Virus record (IMG/VR): IMGVR_UViG_3300036944_000561
Coordinates: 1-64,000 of that record
DNA: 64,000 nucleotides
Direction: 5' to 3' (one strand)
Origin: a virus
Within the stretch, counting starts at the first letter, position 1, and each line of letters opens with the position of its first letter. The position numbers and the translations under genes are program-made. Of the stretch, positions 10,507 through 20,336 are shown piece by piece. The notes beneath the pieces were generated by a model. It searched no databases. It was given only the letters and a program-made list of their open reading frames with translations, and was not told the origin of the DNA.

Positions 10507-10514
10507 TATAAATA
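10507..10514 (+). promoter_or_regulatory. T4-type late promoter
   Basis: Exact TATAAATA about 40 nt upstream of ATG 10556. Confidence 0.8.
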
Positions 10515-10555
10515 GTCCTTGTAATGTACTAACATTCTTTTATGAGGACACAATC

Positions 10556-10981
10556 ATGGTCAAGTTACCAAAAGCTGCGCTCCCGAAACCTATTGTCAAA
10601 GGTCTGACTGTTTTTGCAACGGATAAGGGTTGGGTCGGGGTTGATTCTAAAGGTCGTAGAGAAATTCTGGTTCACATCAAAGATCTGGACAAATATTTCC
10701 CAAATGATGTTGAAGGATCTGTTTCTGTTGTAGATGAAGAACCTGTCCAGGAATCCATCAAAACTGAAGAACCCCAATCTTTGTTAGAAGACGAATTTTC
10801 AGATCTATCTGAAAATGTAGAACCCAAAGAGATCAAAGAAGATGGTCCACTCACTCTCGAAAAACTCAATAGCATGGATTGGGCAGAGTTGAAGAAACTG
10901 GGTGCCGACAATGAAGTGACCGGGCGTTCAAGAGATACATTGGTTGAAAAATTAGCAGAAGTGTTGGGGTTAAAGGAGTAG
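10556..10981 (+). CDS. Late-expressed T4-like hypothetical protein with acidic linker and small helical C-terminal domain
   Basis: GAGGA RBS before ATG 10556; FATDKGWVG N-terminus; LNSMDWAELKKLG...SRDTLVEKL C-terminus. Confidence 0.6.
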   Translation: MVKLPKAALPKPIVKGLTVFATDKGWVGVDSKGRREILVHIKDLDKYFPNDVEGSVSVVDEEPVQESIKTEEPQSLLEDEFSDLSENVEPKEIKEDGPLTLEKLNSMDWAELKKLGADNEVTGRSRDTLVEKLAEVLGLKE

Positions 10982-10985
10982 AACG

Positions 10986-11369
10986 ATGTCAGGGACAATA
11001 GATAAACCGTTGTTGGTGAGTTCATACCTCAGCAAATTTGTCACCGAACGAGAGCTTCTGGATGATTCTCTAAGGGTGACACGTCTTTGTTCCCTGTTAT
11101 CTAAAGACGAAATTGACACCAAATCAGCATTCAATCAACTCATCATATTATTGAATGTTATGGATGTTCCAGGAACTTTTTCATTATTAGAAACCAAAAT
11201 GGGTATCAATGATGAAGAAAAATTGGAACGATTATATTCGTTTTGTAATGCTTGCGGAATCCTCGAATATAAGTTACCATCAAACGAAGAGTTGGAACAA
11301 TTGTTCTTGGATACTATGAAAGAGGTGCCCCATTATGCAAAAATTTTCAAGTCTTTTCGAAGATGGTGA
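10986..11369 (+). CDS. Conserved T4-like hypothetical protein
   Basis: 127 aa, AAGGAG RBS, FNQLIILLNV segment resembling a conserved T4-like family. Confidence 0.6.
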   Translation: MSGTIDKPLLVSSYLSKFVTERELLDDSLRVTRLCSLLSKDEIDTKSAFNQLIILLNVMDVPGTFSLLETKMGINDEEKLERLYSFCNACGILEYKLPSNEELEQLFLDTMKEVPHYAKIFKSFRRW

Positions 11370-11508
11370 AGTTGCAGCTCCCGCTGCTACCGGAGATGCA
11401 GCAGAAGCCCCAACCAATTCAACTGAAGACATGGCCACTACTGGCTACGGAATTCGAAAGATAAAGAAACGATTCGAAGAACGTGATGAAGAAACCGAGG
11501 AAGAATGA
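11335..11508 (+). CDS. Small acidic protein (57 aa, absent from the ORF track)
   Basis: GAGGTG RBS, then MQKFSSLFEDGEVAAPAATGDAAEAPTNSTED...EETEEE*. Confidence 0.55.
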   Translation: MQKFSSLFEDGEVAAPAATGDAAEAPTNSTEDMATTGYGIRKIKKRFEERDEETEEE

Positions 11509-11577
11509 TTCCTCGGTTTTGTTATGAGGAGAATTACAGTATAATCAAAGGTAATTCATCAAAGGACATTTTGAAAA

Positions 11578-13476
11578 ATGCGCGACACCAACAAACTCTA
11601 TAAAAAACTAGACCATATTCAACATATCCTATTGCGACCAGAACGATATTTGGGGTCTACACGCGAAACAACTGAAGACACTTGGCTTATTAATCAAGAC
11701 ACCAATTCAATTTTCAATTCAAATGTCACCTATCGTCCGGTGTTGTTAAAGTTGTTTGATGAAATTATCATCAACTCAGTTGATTTTTCAAAAACTCCCG
11801 AAGGTTCACACCTAGACACCATCAATGTAAATGTGAGTTGGTTTACAGGAAACATTTCGGTTGAAGATAACGGGGGTATTCCCGTTGTTCATCATAAGGA
11901 TTATCCAGATGGTTGGTTGCCCGATATGTTATTCGGGGAATTGTTCTCATCTTCAAACTATAATGAAAACGATGAAGAATATGCTAACGCCGATGGGGGT
12001 GGTCAGAATGGTGAAGGTGCCAGCCTGGTCAACGTGTTCTCTAAGACTTTCAAAGTCGTGACATGTGACGGAAAGAACCGATACGAACGTGTCTGGCGAA
12101 ACAATATGGACAAAGATAGTACCCCCGCAACTATTCGCCCTGGTAAGAAGAAAGGAACCACTATTTCGTTCATTCCCGATTTTTCAAGATTCCACAATAA
12201 TCCGACTAGAATGTCCCGCATGGACGAAGCCATGATCATTCGCCGGGTGTATGAAGTGGCTGCTTGCAATCCGCAACTGAATATCAATCTGAATGGTAAG
12301 CCCGTGAAGATCAATTCATTCAAAGATTTTGCTGGATTCTTCAATTGTACTTCTATCGAGGAAACAGAAGATTGGTCTGTCGGCATTTTCAAAGCTGACC
12401 AATTTACTCATCACAGCTATGTCAACTCAATACACACCACAGTCGGTGGTTCGCATATTGATTATGTCGCTGATAAGATTATCAGCTATGTTAGACCAAA
12501 GCTGAAACGAGCATACAAAGTCGATTATAAACCGGGTGTCATCAAAGGGATATTGGGGTTGGTGATTATTTCCAAGATTCAATTTCCAAGATTCAGCACC
12601 CAGACCAAGACAGACCTCACCACCAAGGTTTCAGAATTTGGAACTTCGTGGGAACCGTCTAAGAAGTTCCTAGACAAATGCGCTATATCCATTGTTGACT
12701 GGATGAAAGATTATCACCAATCGGTCATTGAAAAAGAAGAAGATAAGGCTTTAGACGAAGCCGAGAAAGAAGCCAAAGCCACACCATACTACCATATCCC
12801 CAAATATGAGCGAGCAACGTCTCAGGATCGTTCTAAGTGTGTTCTGTTCCTCACTGAAGGTGACTCTGCTGCCAAGCCAATACTAGCCGCCAGGAATACA
12901 AAGATTCACGGGGTGTTTCCTCTCAGAGGAAAATTACTGAATGTGATTTCTGCTAGTAAAAAAGAAATCGGTTCCTCAGCTGAAATTCAATCTATCATGG
13001 CTATCATGCAAGGCTTGAGCATTCGAAATGGTGTTGATTTCAAAAAACTGAGATATCAAGAAGTGGTCGTTTCTACTGACGCCGATGTCGATGGTCTTCA
13101 TATTCGTGGATTGGTTTGTGCGGCATTTATGAATCTCTGGCCAGAATTTATCATGGAAGGTCGTTTGAAATATTTGGTCACCCCGGTGGTCGTTGCCAAG
13201 AAGGGGAAACAACGGTTCGAATATTTCAAAGAAAAAGATTTTGAAGAGGCTCTCCATAATGGAATGAAATTTGACCGAGTGAAGTATCTCAAAGGTCTTG
13301 GGTCTAATGACGCAGAAGCATTTTCGGAATATCTTAACAATCCAAAATATAAAATGTCATTTACTTATGACGATTTGGCCGATATAAGTATGGACTTGGC
13401 ATTTAATAAGAAACGAGCAGAAGATCGTAAACCACTATTCGACACATTGAGCATGGTCGATGTTGAGGAATTGTAA
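11578..13476 (+). CDS. 39: DNA topoisomerase II large subunit (gp39 and gp60 as one ORF)
   Basis: HILLRPERYLGS, GGQNGEGASLVN, LTEGDSA, FPLRGK, TDADVDGLHI, KGLGS. Confidence 0.95.
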   Translation: MRDTNKLYKKLDHIQHILLRPERYLGSTRETTEDTWLINQDTNSIFNSNVTYRPVLLKLFDEIIINSVDFSKTPEGSHLDTINVNVSWFTGNISVEDNGGIPVVHHKDYPDGWLPDMLFGELFSSSNYNENDEEYANADGGGQNGEGASLVNVFSKTFKVVTCDGKNRYERVWRNNMDKDSTPATIRPGKKKGTTISFIPDFSRFHNNPTRMSRMDEAMIIRRVYEVAACNPQLNINLNGKPVKINSFKDFAGFFNCTSIEETEDWSVGIFKADQFTHHSYVNSIHTTVGGSHIDYVADKIISYVRPKLKRAYKVDYKPGVIKGILGLVIISKIQFPRFSTQTKTDLTTKVSEFGTSWEPSKKFLDKCAISIVDWMKDYHQSVIEKEEDKALDEAEKEAKATPYYHIPKYERATSQDRSKCVLFLTEGDSAAKPILAARNTKIHGVFPLRGKLLNVISASKKEIGSSAEIQSIMAIMQGLSIRNGVDFKKLRYQEVVVSTDADVDGLHIRGLVCAAFMNLWPEFIMEGRLKYLVTPVVVAKKGKQRFEYFKEKDFEEALHNGMKFDRVKYLKGLGSNDAEAFSEYLNNPKYKMSFTYDDLADISMDLAFNKKRAEDRKPLFDTLSMVDVEEL

Positions 13477-13478
13477 TA

Positions 13479-14000
13479 ATGATAAACTTTCTAAAGAAAT
13501 TGAATTTTCTTGATAATCTGAATGAAATTTCAGAAGTTGATGAATCTCGTCGTAGAGTGATCAAAGGAGCATTGGCGCTTGCTGCTCTAGCGGCAATCCC
13601 CATTAATCCAGTAACAGAAATCGAAAAATCTGATTACGACAGATTTATGAAAATGGTCAATGATGGTCTCATAGAAGGAATGACATTCTACCTGGACAGA
13701 TCTATTGTTCTAGAAGGGTTTGACAAATTAAGGATTGATAAATGCCACTTCATCTTACTTAAAGGATTTGAAGGAAAAGGAGTGTTTGAAAGAAATAAAA
13801 ATTCTAAATGTTTTGTTGAAGTCAATAATTCAATTTTTGATACCTCAAATGTTCCTGGTGGTGGTGTTCCTGTATTATATCAGGAATATAATCATATTGG
13901 GACACCATCATTTCACAACGTATGGGCTAAAGGACAATTTTCCCCTTATCAAACTTCATATCTAGAATCAACAAAATCAAAATATTCCTTGGATGTGTAA
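13479..14000 (+). CDS. Hypothetical protein with twin-arginine signal-like N-terminus
   Basis: ESRRRVIKGALALAALAAIP segment. Confidence 0.6.
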   Translation: MINFLKKLNFLDNLNEISEVDESRRRVIKGALALAALAAIPINPVTEIEKSDYDRFMKMVNDGLIEGMTFYLDRSIVLEGFDKLRIDKCHFILLKGFEGKGVFERNKNSKCFVEVNNSIFDTSNVPGGGVPVLYQEYNHIGTPSFHNVWAKGQFSPYQTSYLESTKSKYSLDV

Positions 14001-15335
14001 ATGAATATCAGCGATTATGTAAAGGAAGACTGGCTGCTATTCAGTAGCCAGAACAACCTTCGGTCTTTACCATCTTTCAAAGACGGGCAAATCACCACCA
14101 CCAGAAAATTGTTGTTTGCGTTAAAGAATCAAAAAGATTTCGAAGTGGTGGAGCGTCTTGGACTTCACGCGGCAGCCGCTACCGCCTACAAAAATGGTGG
14201 AGCATCAATTTCAAATTCATTGGCTGGTATGGTCAAATCCTACCCGGGAACCAATAACGTCCCGATGTTTGACGGTGAAGGTCAGTTCGGTACAGCTATT
14301 GACAATGATGCCTCAGAAGTTCGTTACATTTCAGCAAAAATTTCTGAAAACTTTCGTGATTGGTTTAGAAAAGAAGATGATGATATATATCCACGCCGAA
14401 TCAGCCGAGGAGACACATTAGAGTATCTTTGGATGGCTCCAGTTGCTCCCCTGAGCCTTGTGAACGGATCTTTCGGGATTGGAACCGGGTATGCCGCTAA
14501 TATCTACCAACATCACCCATTGGACGTCATAGAAGCCGTTATAGCAATCCTAGAAACCGGTGTGTCTAATCCTCTTGTTCCGTGTTGGATTGGTTGGAAA
14601 GGTAAAATTGAAAAAGCTGATGATTCTGAAAGAAAGTTCTTCGCCACAGGTACATTCGAACGAGTAAATGCCACCACTCTTAGAATCACTGAATTGCCCC
14701 CAATGTACACAAGCACCAGTTATACCAGTTCAGTGTTAGTTCCTCTTCTACAGAAAGCTGAGACGGTCTTATCATTCAGCAACGACAGCAACAAGTTCAA
14801 TGGTTGGGATATCACGGTCAATTTCAAACGAGGAACCCTTTCATCAATGACTGATGAAGAAGTGATCAATCTTCTTCAAATCAGAAAATCTTTCAGTCAT
14901 GTCCTATTTGGTTGGGGATTTGATGATAAGATTAAGGGATATGATTCCGTTGATGAAATCTTGTTTGATTGGGTAATGTGGCGTGTTGATTTGTATCGGG
15001 TTCGTAAAAATTATTTGTTGAACAAATTTATTCAAGATATTAAATGGACTGAATTGAAACTCAAAGTTTTTCAATCTTGTATTGAGGCCGGGAAATTTAT
15101 CGAATCTGTGATTAAGAATCATGTTACAGAAGCAGGTTATACTGAAAAAGAATTCAATACACTTATGGATACCCCTGTTCGGTCGGTCACTGATAAGGGG
15201 ATTGAAAAACTGAAGAATGTTCTGTTGACATTGAAAAAAGAACAAAAACTTCTTCAAGCAAAGAATCCAGAAGATATCATGCTGTCAGAACTCAAAGAAC
15301 TCAAAGCAACGGTTTCTATTAAATATCCAAGATAG
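14001..15335 (+). CDS. 52: DNA topoisomerase II medium subunit (gp52)
   Basis: RSLPSFKDG, GEGQFG, SEVRYI (catalytic Tyr), LVNGSFGIGTGYA. Confidence 0.95.
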   Translation: MNISDYVKEDWLLFSSQNNLRSLPSFKDGQITTTRKLLFALKNQKDFEVVERLGLHAAAATAYKNGGASISNSLAGMVKSYPGTNNVPMFDGEGQFGTAIDNDASEVRYISAKISENFRDWFRKEDDDIYPRRISRGDTLEYLWMAPVAPLSLVNGSFGIGTGYAANIYQHHPLDVIEAVIAILETGVSNPLVPCWIGWKGKIEKADDSERKFFATGTFERVNATTLRITELPPMYTSTSYTSSVLVPLLQKAETVLSFSNDSNKFNGWDITVNFKRGTLSSMTDEEVINLLQIRKSFSHVLFGWGFDDKIKGYDSVDEILFDWVMWRVDLYRVRKNYLLNKFIQDIKWTELKLKVFQSCIEAGKFIESVIKNHVTEAGYTEKEFNTLMDTPVRSVTDKGIEKLKNVLLTLKKEQKLLQAKNPEDIMLSELKELKATVSIKYPR

Positions 15336-15365
15336 ATCTATTTTTCAATTAGTGGAGACTCTGAT

Positions 15366-15746
15366 ATGAGCGTTTACATTACAAAAGATGGTCCACAAGT
15401 AGGGGACATGGAGCTGAAGACCTTTGATGATCTTCCTAAAACTGTTCAGGAACTGATTTCTGCCGTTGATGATGCATTGCCAGAAGATTACAACTTGTGG
15501 GAATTGGAAGGTGATGAATCCGTTTATTTTTCAAAAGAAGGGTACGAAGACGAAGCGATTGCTGAAGTTCGATTCGCAACTCCTCGTGAAGAAGGTTACA
15601 ACGAAAACGGTCCGAAGATCGTATTGATCATGGTGTATAGCGGTCCAGATTTGGATAATAAGACATTATGGTTTGATCCTAAGAAAGCAGTTGATGCAGC
15701 GGTCAAACAAATCAATCAACGATTCAAGATTCCTCAAGAGGAATAA
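15366..15746 (+). CDS. Acidic hypothetical protein
   Basis: 126-aa ORF with GGAG RBS, followed by a terminator. Confidence 0.65.
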   Translation: MSVYITKDGPQVGDMELKTFDDLPKTVQELISAVDDALPEDYNLWELEGDESVYFSKEGYEDEAIAEVRFATPREEGYNENGPKIVLIMVYSGPDLDNKTLWFDPKKAVDAAVKQINQRFKIPQEE

Positions 15747-15747
15747 C

Positions 15748-15774
15748 AAAAAGGAGCCAAATCGGCTCCTTTTT
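15748..15774. terminator. Bidirectional terminator, identical to 59811-59837
   Basis: AAAAAGGAGCC-AAATC-GGCTCCTTTTT between convergent genes. Confidence 0.9.
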
Positions 15775-15779
15775 CATTT

Positions 15780-17594
15780 TTACCAGTTTGGCACCAATTC
15801 CCTTTGCGGGTATGTTTGCATTTCTCTCTTCACCACAGTAGTCGAAGAAGTGGTTGTCACCGGAGCATTGACTTGCACTTGTGCAGGAGCAACGGATTGT
15901 CCACTCTGGTCAGCAGGCATCATAACTTGTGATGTTCCATTTCTATCGGCTGCTCCATATCGGGCTTGAGCTGCTCTTCTTAATGCTTCAATTTTTGGAT
16001 CTCCATATGCTCCATTCTTGTTCAGCAAATCTTCCAACGGGGGAACCTTCTGAACATATTCTTGTCCAGGATATGTCACATTCGCTGGTTGAATCACTGG
16101 TTCTTCGTCCCCTAGACCCATTGATTTTTTGATGCTTTCAATCTTTTCTGCAATCTTATCACCAATTCCTAGAATACCTAGGTCTTGTGCTTTTTCCTTG
16201 ATAGTATCAAGGAAGGATGTCAACATATTGCTGAAGAATGATTTTATCGAATCTATGATTGATGTCACCAATGTTGTAACACCGTTCTTGGCTACTTCAA
16301 CACCGTTCACAAAGGCGTCTGGTATAGATGATACAAAGTCACCAATGGTCTTCTTTGCATCTTCAAATTTGGTTGTGAGGGTATCTATCGCCGAACCAAC
16401 AAAGTCACCAACAGCTGAGGTAATTTTACCGGGTAGGTCTAAAGCTACCAGGTCACCCCATGCTCCAACAAACATTTTGTAGATGTTATCGAACATCATC
16501 CCCGGGATGTCGACCAGTTTTGTGTCTAATGTGATACCACCGAACACCTGAGAAATCTTATCAGCTATCCACCCAAACGCATCACGAATCGGTTCATATA
16601 TGATTTTCAAATAACTCAAGACAATGTCTTGAAATTCGATAAGTTTCTTCTCGGCTGCTCCACGAATATCAGATTTGTTTCCGGTGAATTTTTCAACCAA
16701 CCAATCTACGGGTGCCAGAAATGTTGAAAGTAGATGTACAGCAGCATAGCGGATTTTATCGAACATATTGATATCCTTTCCGAAAAACTTGTCGGCTCCC
16801 ATGAATCCTTCATACAATTCATAAGCAGCACCAATCACCAACCCAATAGGTCCAAGAAGACGCGTGAATAATCCTCCAACCTTAGAAAGCATTCCGACAA
16901 TACCCCCGGCTCCCACTCCACCAATAATCCCTGCCAGAGTGCTTCCTATTCCCTTGACCATCCCCATTGCGCTACCCAATATGCTCATCAATAGCCCTTT
17001 CTCCTGAACAGCTAACATTTTCTTCAACAATGAGTTGGTCTTATCGTTGCCCTGAGTTGGAGCGGCAACTGTTTCTTTGTCTAGTTTCTGAAGATTAGAC
17101 AATTCATTGCTGCTGGTTTGATCCTGGTATGATCTTGAAATAATCTTAATTTCTTCCAAAATATCTGAAAGAATATCGTTCTGTTTGTCAACACCTTCCA
17201 ATGTTTGTTGTGTGGTCTCCTTGGGGGCAAGATTTTCTTTCATTCCTTCAAGTTCACCCAACAATTTTGAAATTTCTTGTTTCCGTTGGTCATCCGCATC
17301 ACTCAACAATTTTGTGATGGGTGATGTCAATTTAGAAAACACATCAAGCCCGACTCTGAATATTGGGTTGGCATTGATGATCGAACGAACCACTTCGTTC
17401 GGTTTTGGAAATTTACTAGCAATTGAAGAAGCGGTTCCTTTTGCGGCCAATGCAGCCAGCATTTTGGGATCCACTTTGTTTTTGGCTTCTTCTTGTTTCA
17501 AACGAGATATAAATTTCTCAAGATCTTGATTGGTGATACCTTTTTCACGATCTTTTTGGATCTGAGTAGCGATTTGCTTTAGATCATCAGCCAT
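15780..17594 (-). CDS. Baseplate hub / tape-measure protein (gp29-like)
   Basis: 604 aa, helical with Gly/hydrophobic central region (GGLFTRLLGPIGLVIG); adjacent to gp27/53/48. Confidence 0.7.
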   Translation of the reverse strand: MADDLKQIATQIQKDREKGITNQDLEKFISRLKQEEAKNKVDPKMLAALAAKGTASSIASKFPKPNEVVRSIINANPIFRVGLDVFSKLTSPITKLLSDADDQRKQEISKLLGELEGMKENLAPKETTQQTLEGVDKQNDILSDILEEIKIISRSYQDQTSSNELSNLQKLDKETVAAPTQGNDKTNSLLKKMLAVQEKGLLMSILGSAMGMVKGIGSTLAGIIGGVGAGGIVGMLSKVGGLFTRLLGPIGLVIGAAYELYEGFMGADKFFGKDINMFDKIRYAAVHLLSTFLAPVDWLVEKFTGNKSDIRGAAEKKLIEFQDIVLSYLKIIYEPIRDAFGWIADKISQVFGGITLDTKLVDIPGMMFDNIYKMFVGAWGDLVALDLPGKITSAVGDFVGSAIDTLTTKFEDAKKTIGDFVSSIPDAFVNGVEVAKNGVTTLVTSIIDSIKSFFSNMLTSFLDTIKEKAQDLGILGIGDKIAEKIESIKKSMGLGDEEPVIQPANVTYPGQEYVQKVPPLEDLLNKNGAYGDPKIEALRRAAQARYGAADRNGTSQVMMPADQSGQSVAPAQVQVNAPVTTTSSTTVVKREMQTYPQRELVPNW

Positions 17595-18792
17595 TGTTGT
17601 TTACCTCATTCAGATATGACTCTAATGACAATCCCCAATATAGACGATACTCTGATGGTCTAATGGTGTGCTTTAGAGAAGTCACAACAAATTTTCCATT
17701 GATATATTTTTCTGGTATTGTTCCTGACTTGGTAGTCTGTGGTTGTAGACCCAACAGGTTCAATTCAACGACAACTCCAAGCCTCATTTGGTCATCGCCA
17801 GATGTTAGGATTGTGACCGGGGACATACCCAATGAATGATTCAACGCATCTCTATTGAAAATATTTAATTGAGAATTGTCAAACTTTTTCAACAAGAATG
17901 AATATCCGTCTTGGCTTATTTCTTCCAACCAAGGTTTACCGGGGTTCAATGTAGGAACAGAATTCGAATAATCTTTGTAACTTTTCAAACTCTCCGACAT
18001 CGTTTTCGATAGAGGGGAATAAACTTGTTCGGTTTTTCCCATCAATCCTTTTCGACGATATTCTAGAGAATCCTTGCAGTTTGGATTGAATTCCATGCTA
18101 AGAATATTTCGGAATTCCTTTTCAAAATCTTCTTCGGTGTTTTGTGGTTGATGTATCAGTTTAACTTTCGAATCAGATGATAAAATTTTAGACCAGGAAG
18201 AAAAGTTCATTCCGTCTAAATCTTCAAATACACAAAATGGCATGTTGTCACTGGAACGAGCACGGTTAGCCATCCATTGCAGATTCTCTATAACAGAATA
18301 TGTTCTCGGGACAGCGATATTGATCAATCCTGTGCTAGCATCCGCATAGAATTGTTTGTCCAATCCCAATTCTTCATACAATTTCTTTGCAGCCACAGAA
18401 TATTGAGTGTTATATCCTCTAGATAAATTAGAGCCAAGTAGATGATACATGGTATCAGAAATCAATTCTAATTTGACAATCGCCGCCTGATTGGCTTCTG
18501 GTTCTCTTTCATTCTGTTGTGAAACTCTGAACAATTGTTCACTAAAATCTTGATATCGAGGAGACCTCCAACGAATGAAAACTTTTTCACCGCCAATAAT
18601 CGGTCCATTGTTGGCAACGTTAATGGTGTCATGAAAAATAATGTTCCCGGTAATTCCCATTCCTCGGATATTTACAAAGATGTTCATTTCAACGAACATG
18701 TTCATCAAATCAATGATTTCACCAGATACTAATTCCAGTCTAACAGCATTTATCTCTACCGTGTTATCACGCGAAAATCCAGGCTTGCTCAT
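17587..18792 (-). CDS. Baseplate hub protein (gp27-like)
   Basis: FVEMNIFVNI...GIT-GNIIFHDT, GPIIGGEKV, FCVFEDLDG, YINGKFVVTSLKH. Confidence 0.75.
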   Translation of the reverse strand: MSKPGFSRDNTVEINAVRLELVSGEIIDLMNMFVEMNIFVNIRGMGITGNIIFHDTINVANNGPIIGGEKVFIRWRSPRYQDFSEQLFRVSQQNEREPEANQAAIVKLELISDTMYHLLGSNLSRGYNTQYSVAAKKLYEELGLDKQFYADASTGLINIAVPRTYSVIENLQWMANRARSSDNMPFCVFEDLDGMNFSSWSKILSSDSKVKLIHQPQNTEEDFEKEFRNILSMEFNPNCKDSLEYRRKGLMGKTEQVYSPLSKTMSESLKSYKDYSNSVPTLNPGKPWLEEISQDGYSFLLKKFDNSQLNIFNRDALNHSLGMSPVTILTSGDDQMRLGVVVELNLLGLQPQTTKSGTIPEKYINGKFVVTSLKHTIRPSEYRLYWGLSLESYLNEVNNNG

Positions 18793-19337
18793 TTCAAAGC
18801 CTCCCGGAACGCAGAAACAAAATCTTCAATCAAATCTGGATCAACCAATTTGATTTTTCGTTTGACTTCATTTTGCATTTCCAACAATTCTAATTGTGTG
18901 ATAGGGGTAAGAGTGAACAAATTGACAATTTCGGCATCAGTAGGTGTAACGTCATCGTATCCCTGATTGAAACGGATGCCTCCAATATCAACCTGGTTCC
19001 CATCTGGGTCTGCGTATGCAACCACAGCATTCAGTTCAGCATCGGTGTATTCCCGCTGTGCTCTTTCGTATAATGTGGTGTAAGAAAGAGGCCAATCATT
19101 GACAACATTAGTCATATCGTTGATGACGAGAATAGTCCAATACAAATTGTGGTCGTCATACAAACGCTCAGCGATATCTCGAGGAGTTTCTTCGTCTCGT
19201 ATTTGATAATCCAAAAACAATGATTTTTGCAATTTGGTTGCAGTTGAAATATTCACGTTGGCTGCAATGTTGGTCACAAGGTATTCTACCCCGTCTATGT
19301 TGTAATATCGCCGTGGGAGCATTTTCAAAATATCCAT
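18789..19337 (-). CDS. 53: Baseplate wedge protein gp53
   Basis: YQIRDEETPRDIAERLYDDHNLYWTILVINDM...DWP. Confidence 0.9.
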   Translation of the reverse strand: MDILKMLPRRYYNIDGVEYLVTNIAANVNISTATKLQKSLFLDYQIRDEETPRDIAERLYDDHNLYWTILVINDMTNVVNDWPLSYTTLYERAQREYTDAELNAVVAYADPDGNQVDIGGIRFNQGYDDVTPTDAEIVNLFTLTPITQLELLEMQNEVKRKIKLVDPDLIEDFVSAFREALK

Positions 19338-20308
19338 TAGAATGACTCCTCTGCTGATTCGAAATCGGTCTTGCGTAATGGAGCCAATTCTTGGAAAGAC
19401 AAGGATAAAGATCTAGCAACAGATGAATGATCCGGGTGGACAGCATAACCACCAACAGATGGATTGTCGGTACATCCAACCAACGCGCAAGTATTCACCC
19501 GGTGCAACCAGACATTTCGTTTGGCTTCACCTTCTTCAATCTTCATAAATGTGATATCGAAGGTAGAAGGATACAAGAAATATGATGAATCATTTTTTCT
19601 ATATTTGAATTCTGGGTGCATATGAAATTTCAGTCTTCTGAATATTTCAGAAACCACTCTGCTTTCATAATTGTTCCGGGGAGTAAATTTGAATTCGAAA
19701 GTGTGGTCACGATTCTTCACCCCTTTGTACAGAACTTCTTGGAAGGGGTTCTGGATAGTCCCGGTGTACAATTCTGCTGTTTGTTTTGCGTTGAACCCGG
19801 TCAAAGATTCAACTGCTCCGGCAATAGTGTTTTTCAGACCTTCTTTCAAAGAGTTTCCAACATCTCTTAGAGTGTTTTGGTCGAATGTTGCTATTTCACG
19901 TGCAAATTTCGCAGCCATACCCAATTCCACAACGTTCCATTCAACCCCGTATTGAGCTGAGACGCTTTCAGGCATTGCTAGAATGATCGATTCCTTTGAT
20001 CTGATATAGCGGCCACCCCCGCTAATCTGATTTTGTATCGTGTACCCTCGGCTGTAGAATAGGGGCTGTTTCGTGTTCCCGCTGACTACACTTGATGAAG
20101 AATTTTCGATTACCTGATTACTATCTTGATAACTAGATCCGGCCAATCGGTTGATATTAATAAGCATGAAATGACCTGTACCGACCGAAAACAGATTCGT
20201 TGGATACATAATCTGAGCAACATTACGCAAATCAGACTGATCATTGTTCAGCTTGCTGTATTTTGCTTTTGTTGAGCTGGTAGCCATACTAGATATTCCT
20301 ATAGACAT
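19337..20308 (-). CDS. 48: Baseplate tail-tube cap gp48
   Basis: NPFQEVLYKGVKNRDHTFEFKFTPRN, YFLYPSTFDI. Confidence 0.88.
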   Translation of the reverse strand: MSIGISSMATSSTKAKYSKLNNDQSDLRNVAQIMYPTNLFSVGTGHFMLININRLAGSSYQDSNQVIENSSSSVVSGNTKQPLFYSRGYTIQNQISGGGRYIRSKESIILAMPESVSAQYGVEWNVVELGMAAKFAREIATFDQNTLRDVGNSLKEGLKNTIAGAVESLTGFNAKQTAELYTGTIQNPFQEVLYKGVKNRDHTFEFKFTPRNNYESRVVSEIFRRLKFHMHPEFKYRKNDSSYFLYPSTFDITFMKIEEGEAKRNVWLHRVNTCALVGCTDNPSVGGYAVHPDHSSVARSLSLSFQELAPLRKTDFESAEESF

Positions 20309-20316
20309 ATTGTTTT

Positions 20317-20323
20317 TATTTAG
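20317..20323 (-). promoter_or_regulatory. Late promoter (CTAAATA) for the gp48 operon
   Basis: TATTTAG on + strand just upstream of the gp48 start. Confidence 0.6.
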
Positions 20324-20336
20324 ACGAGTTCATATT

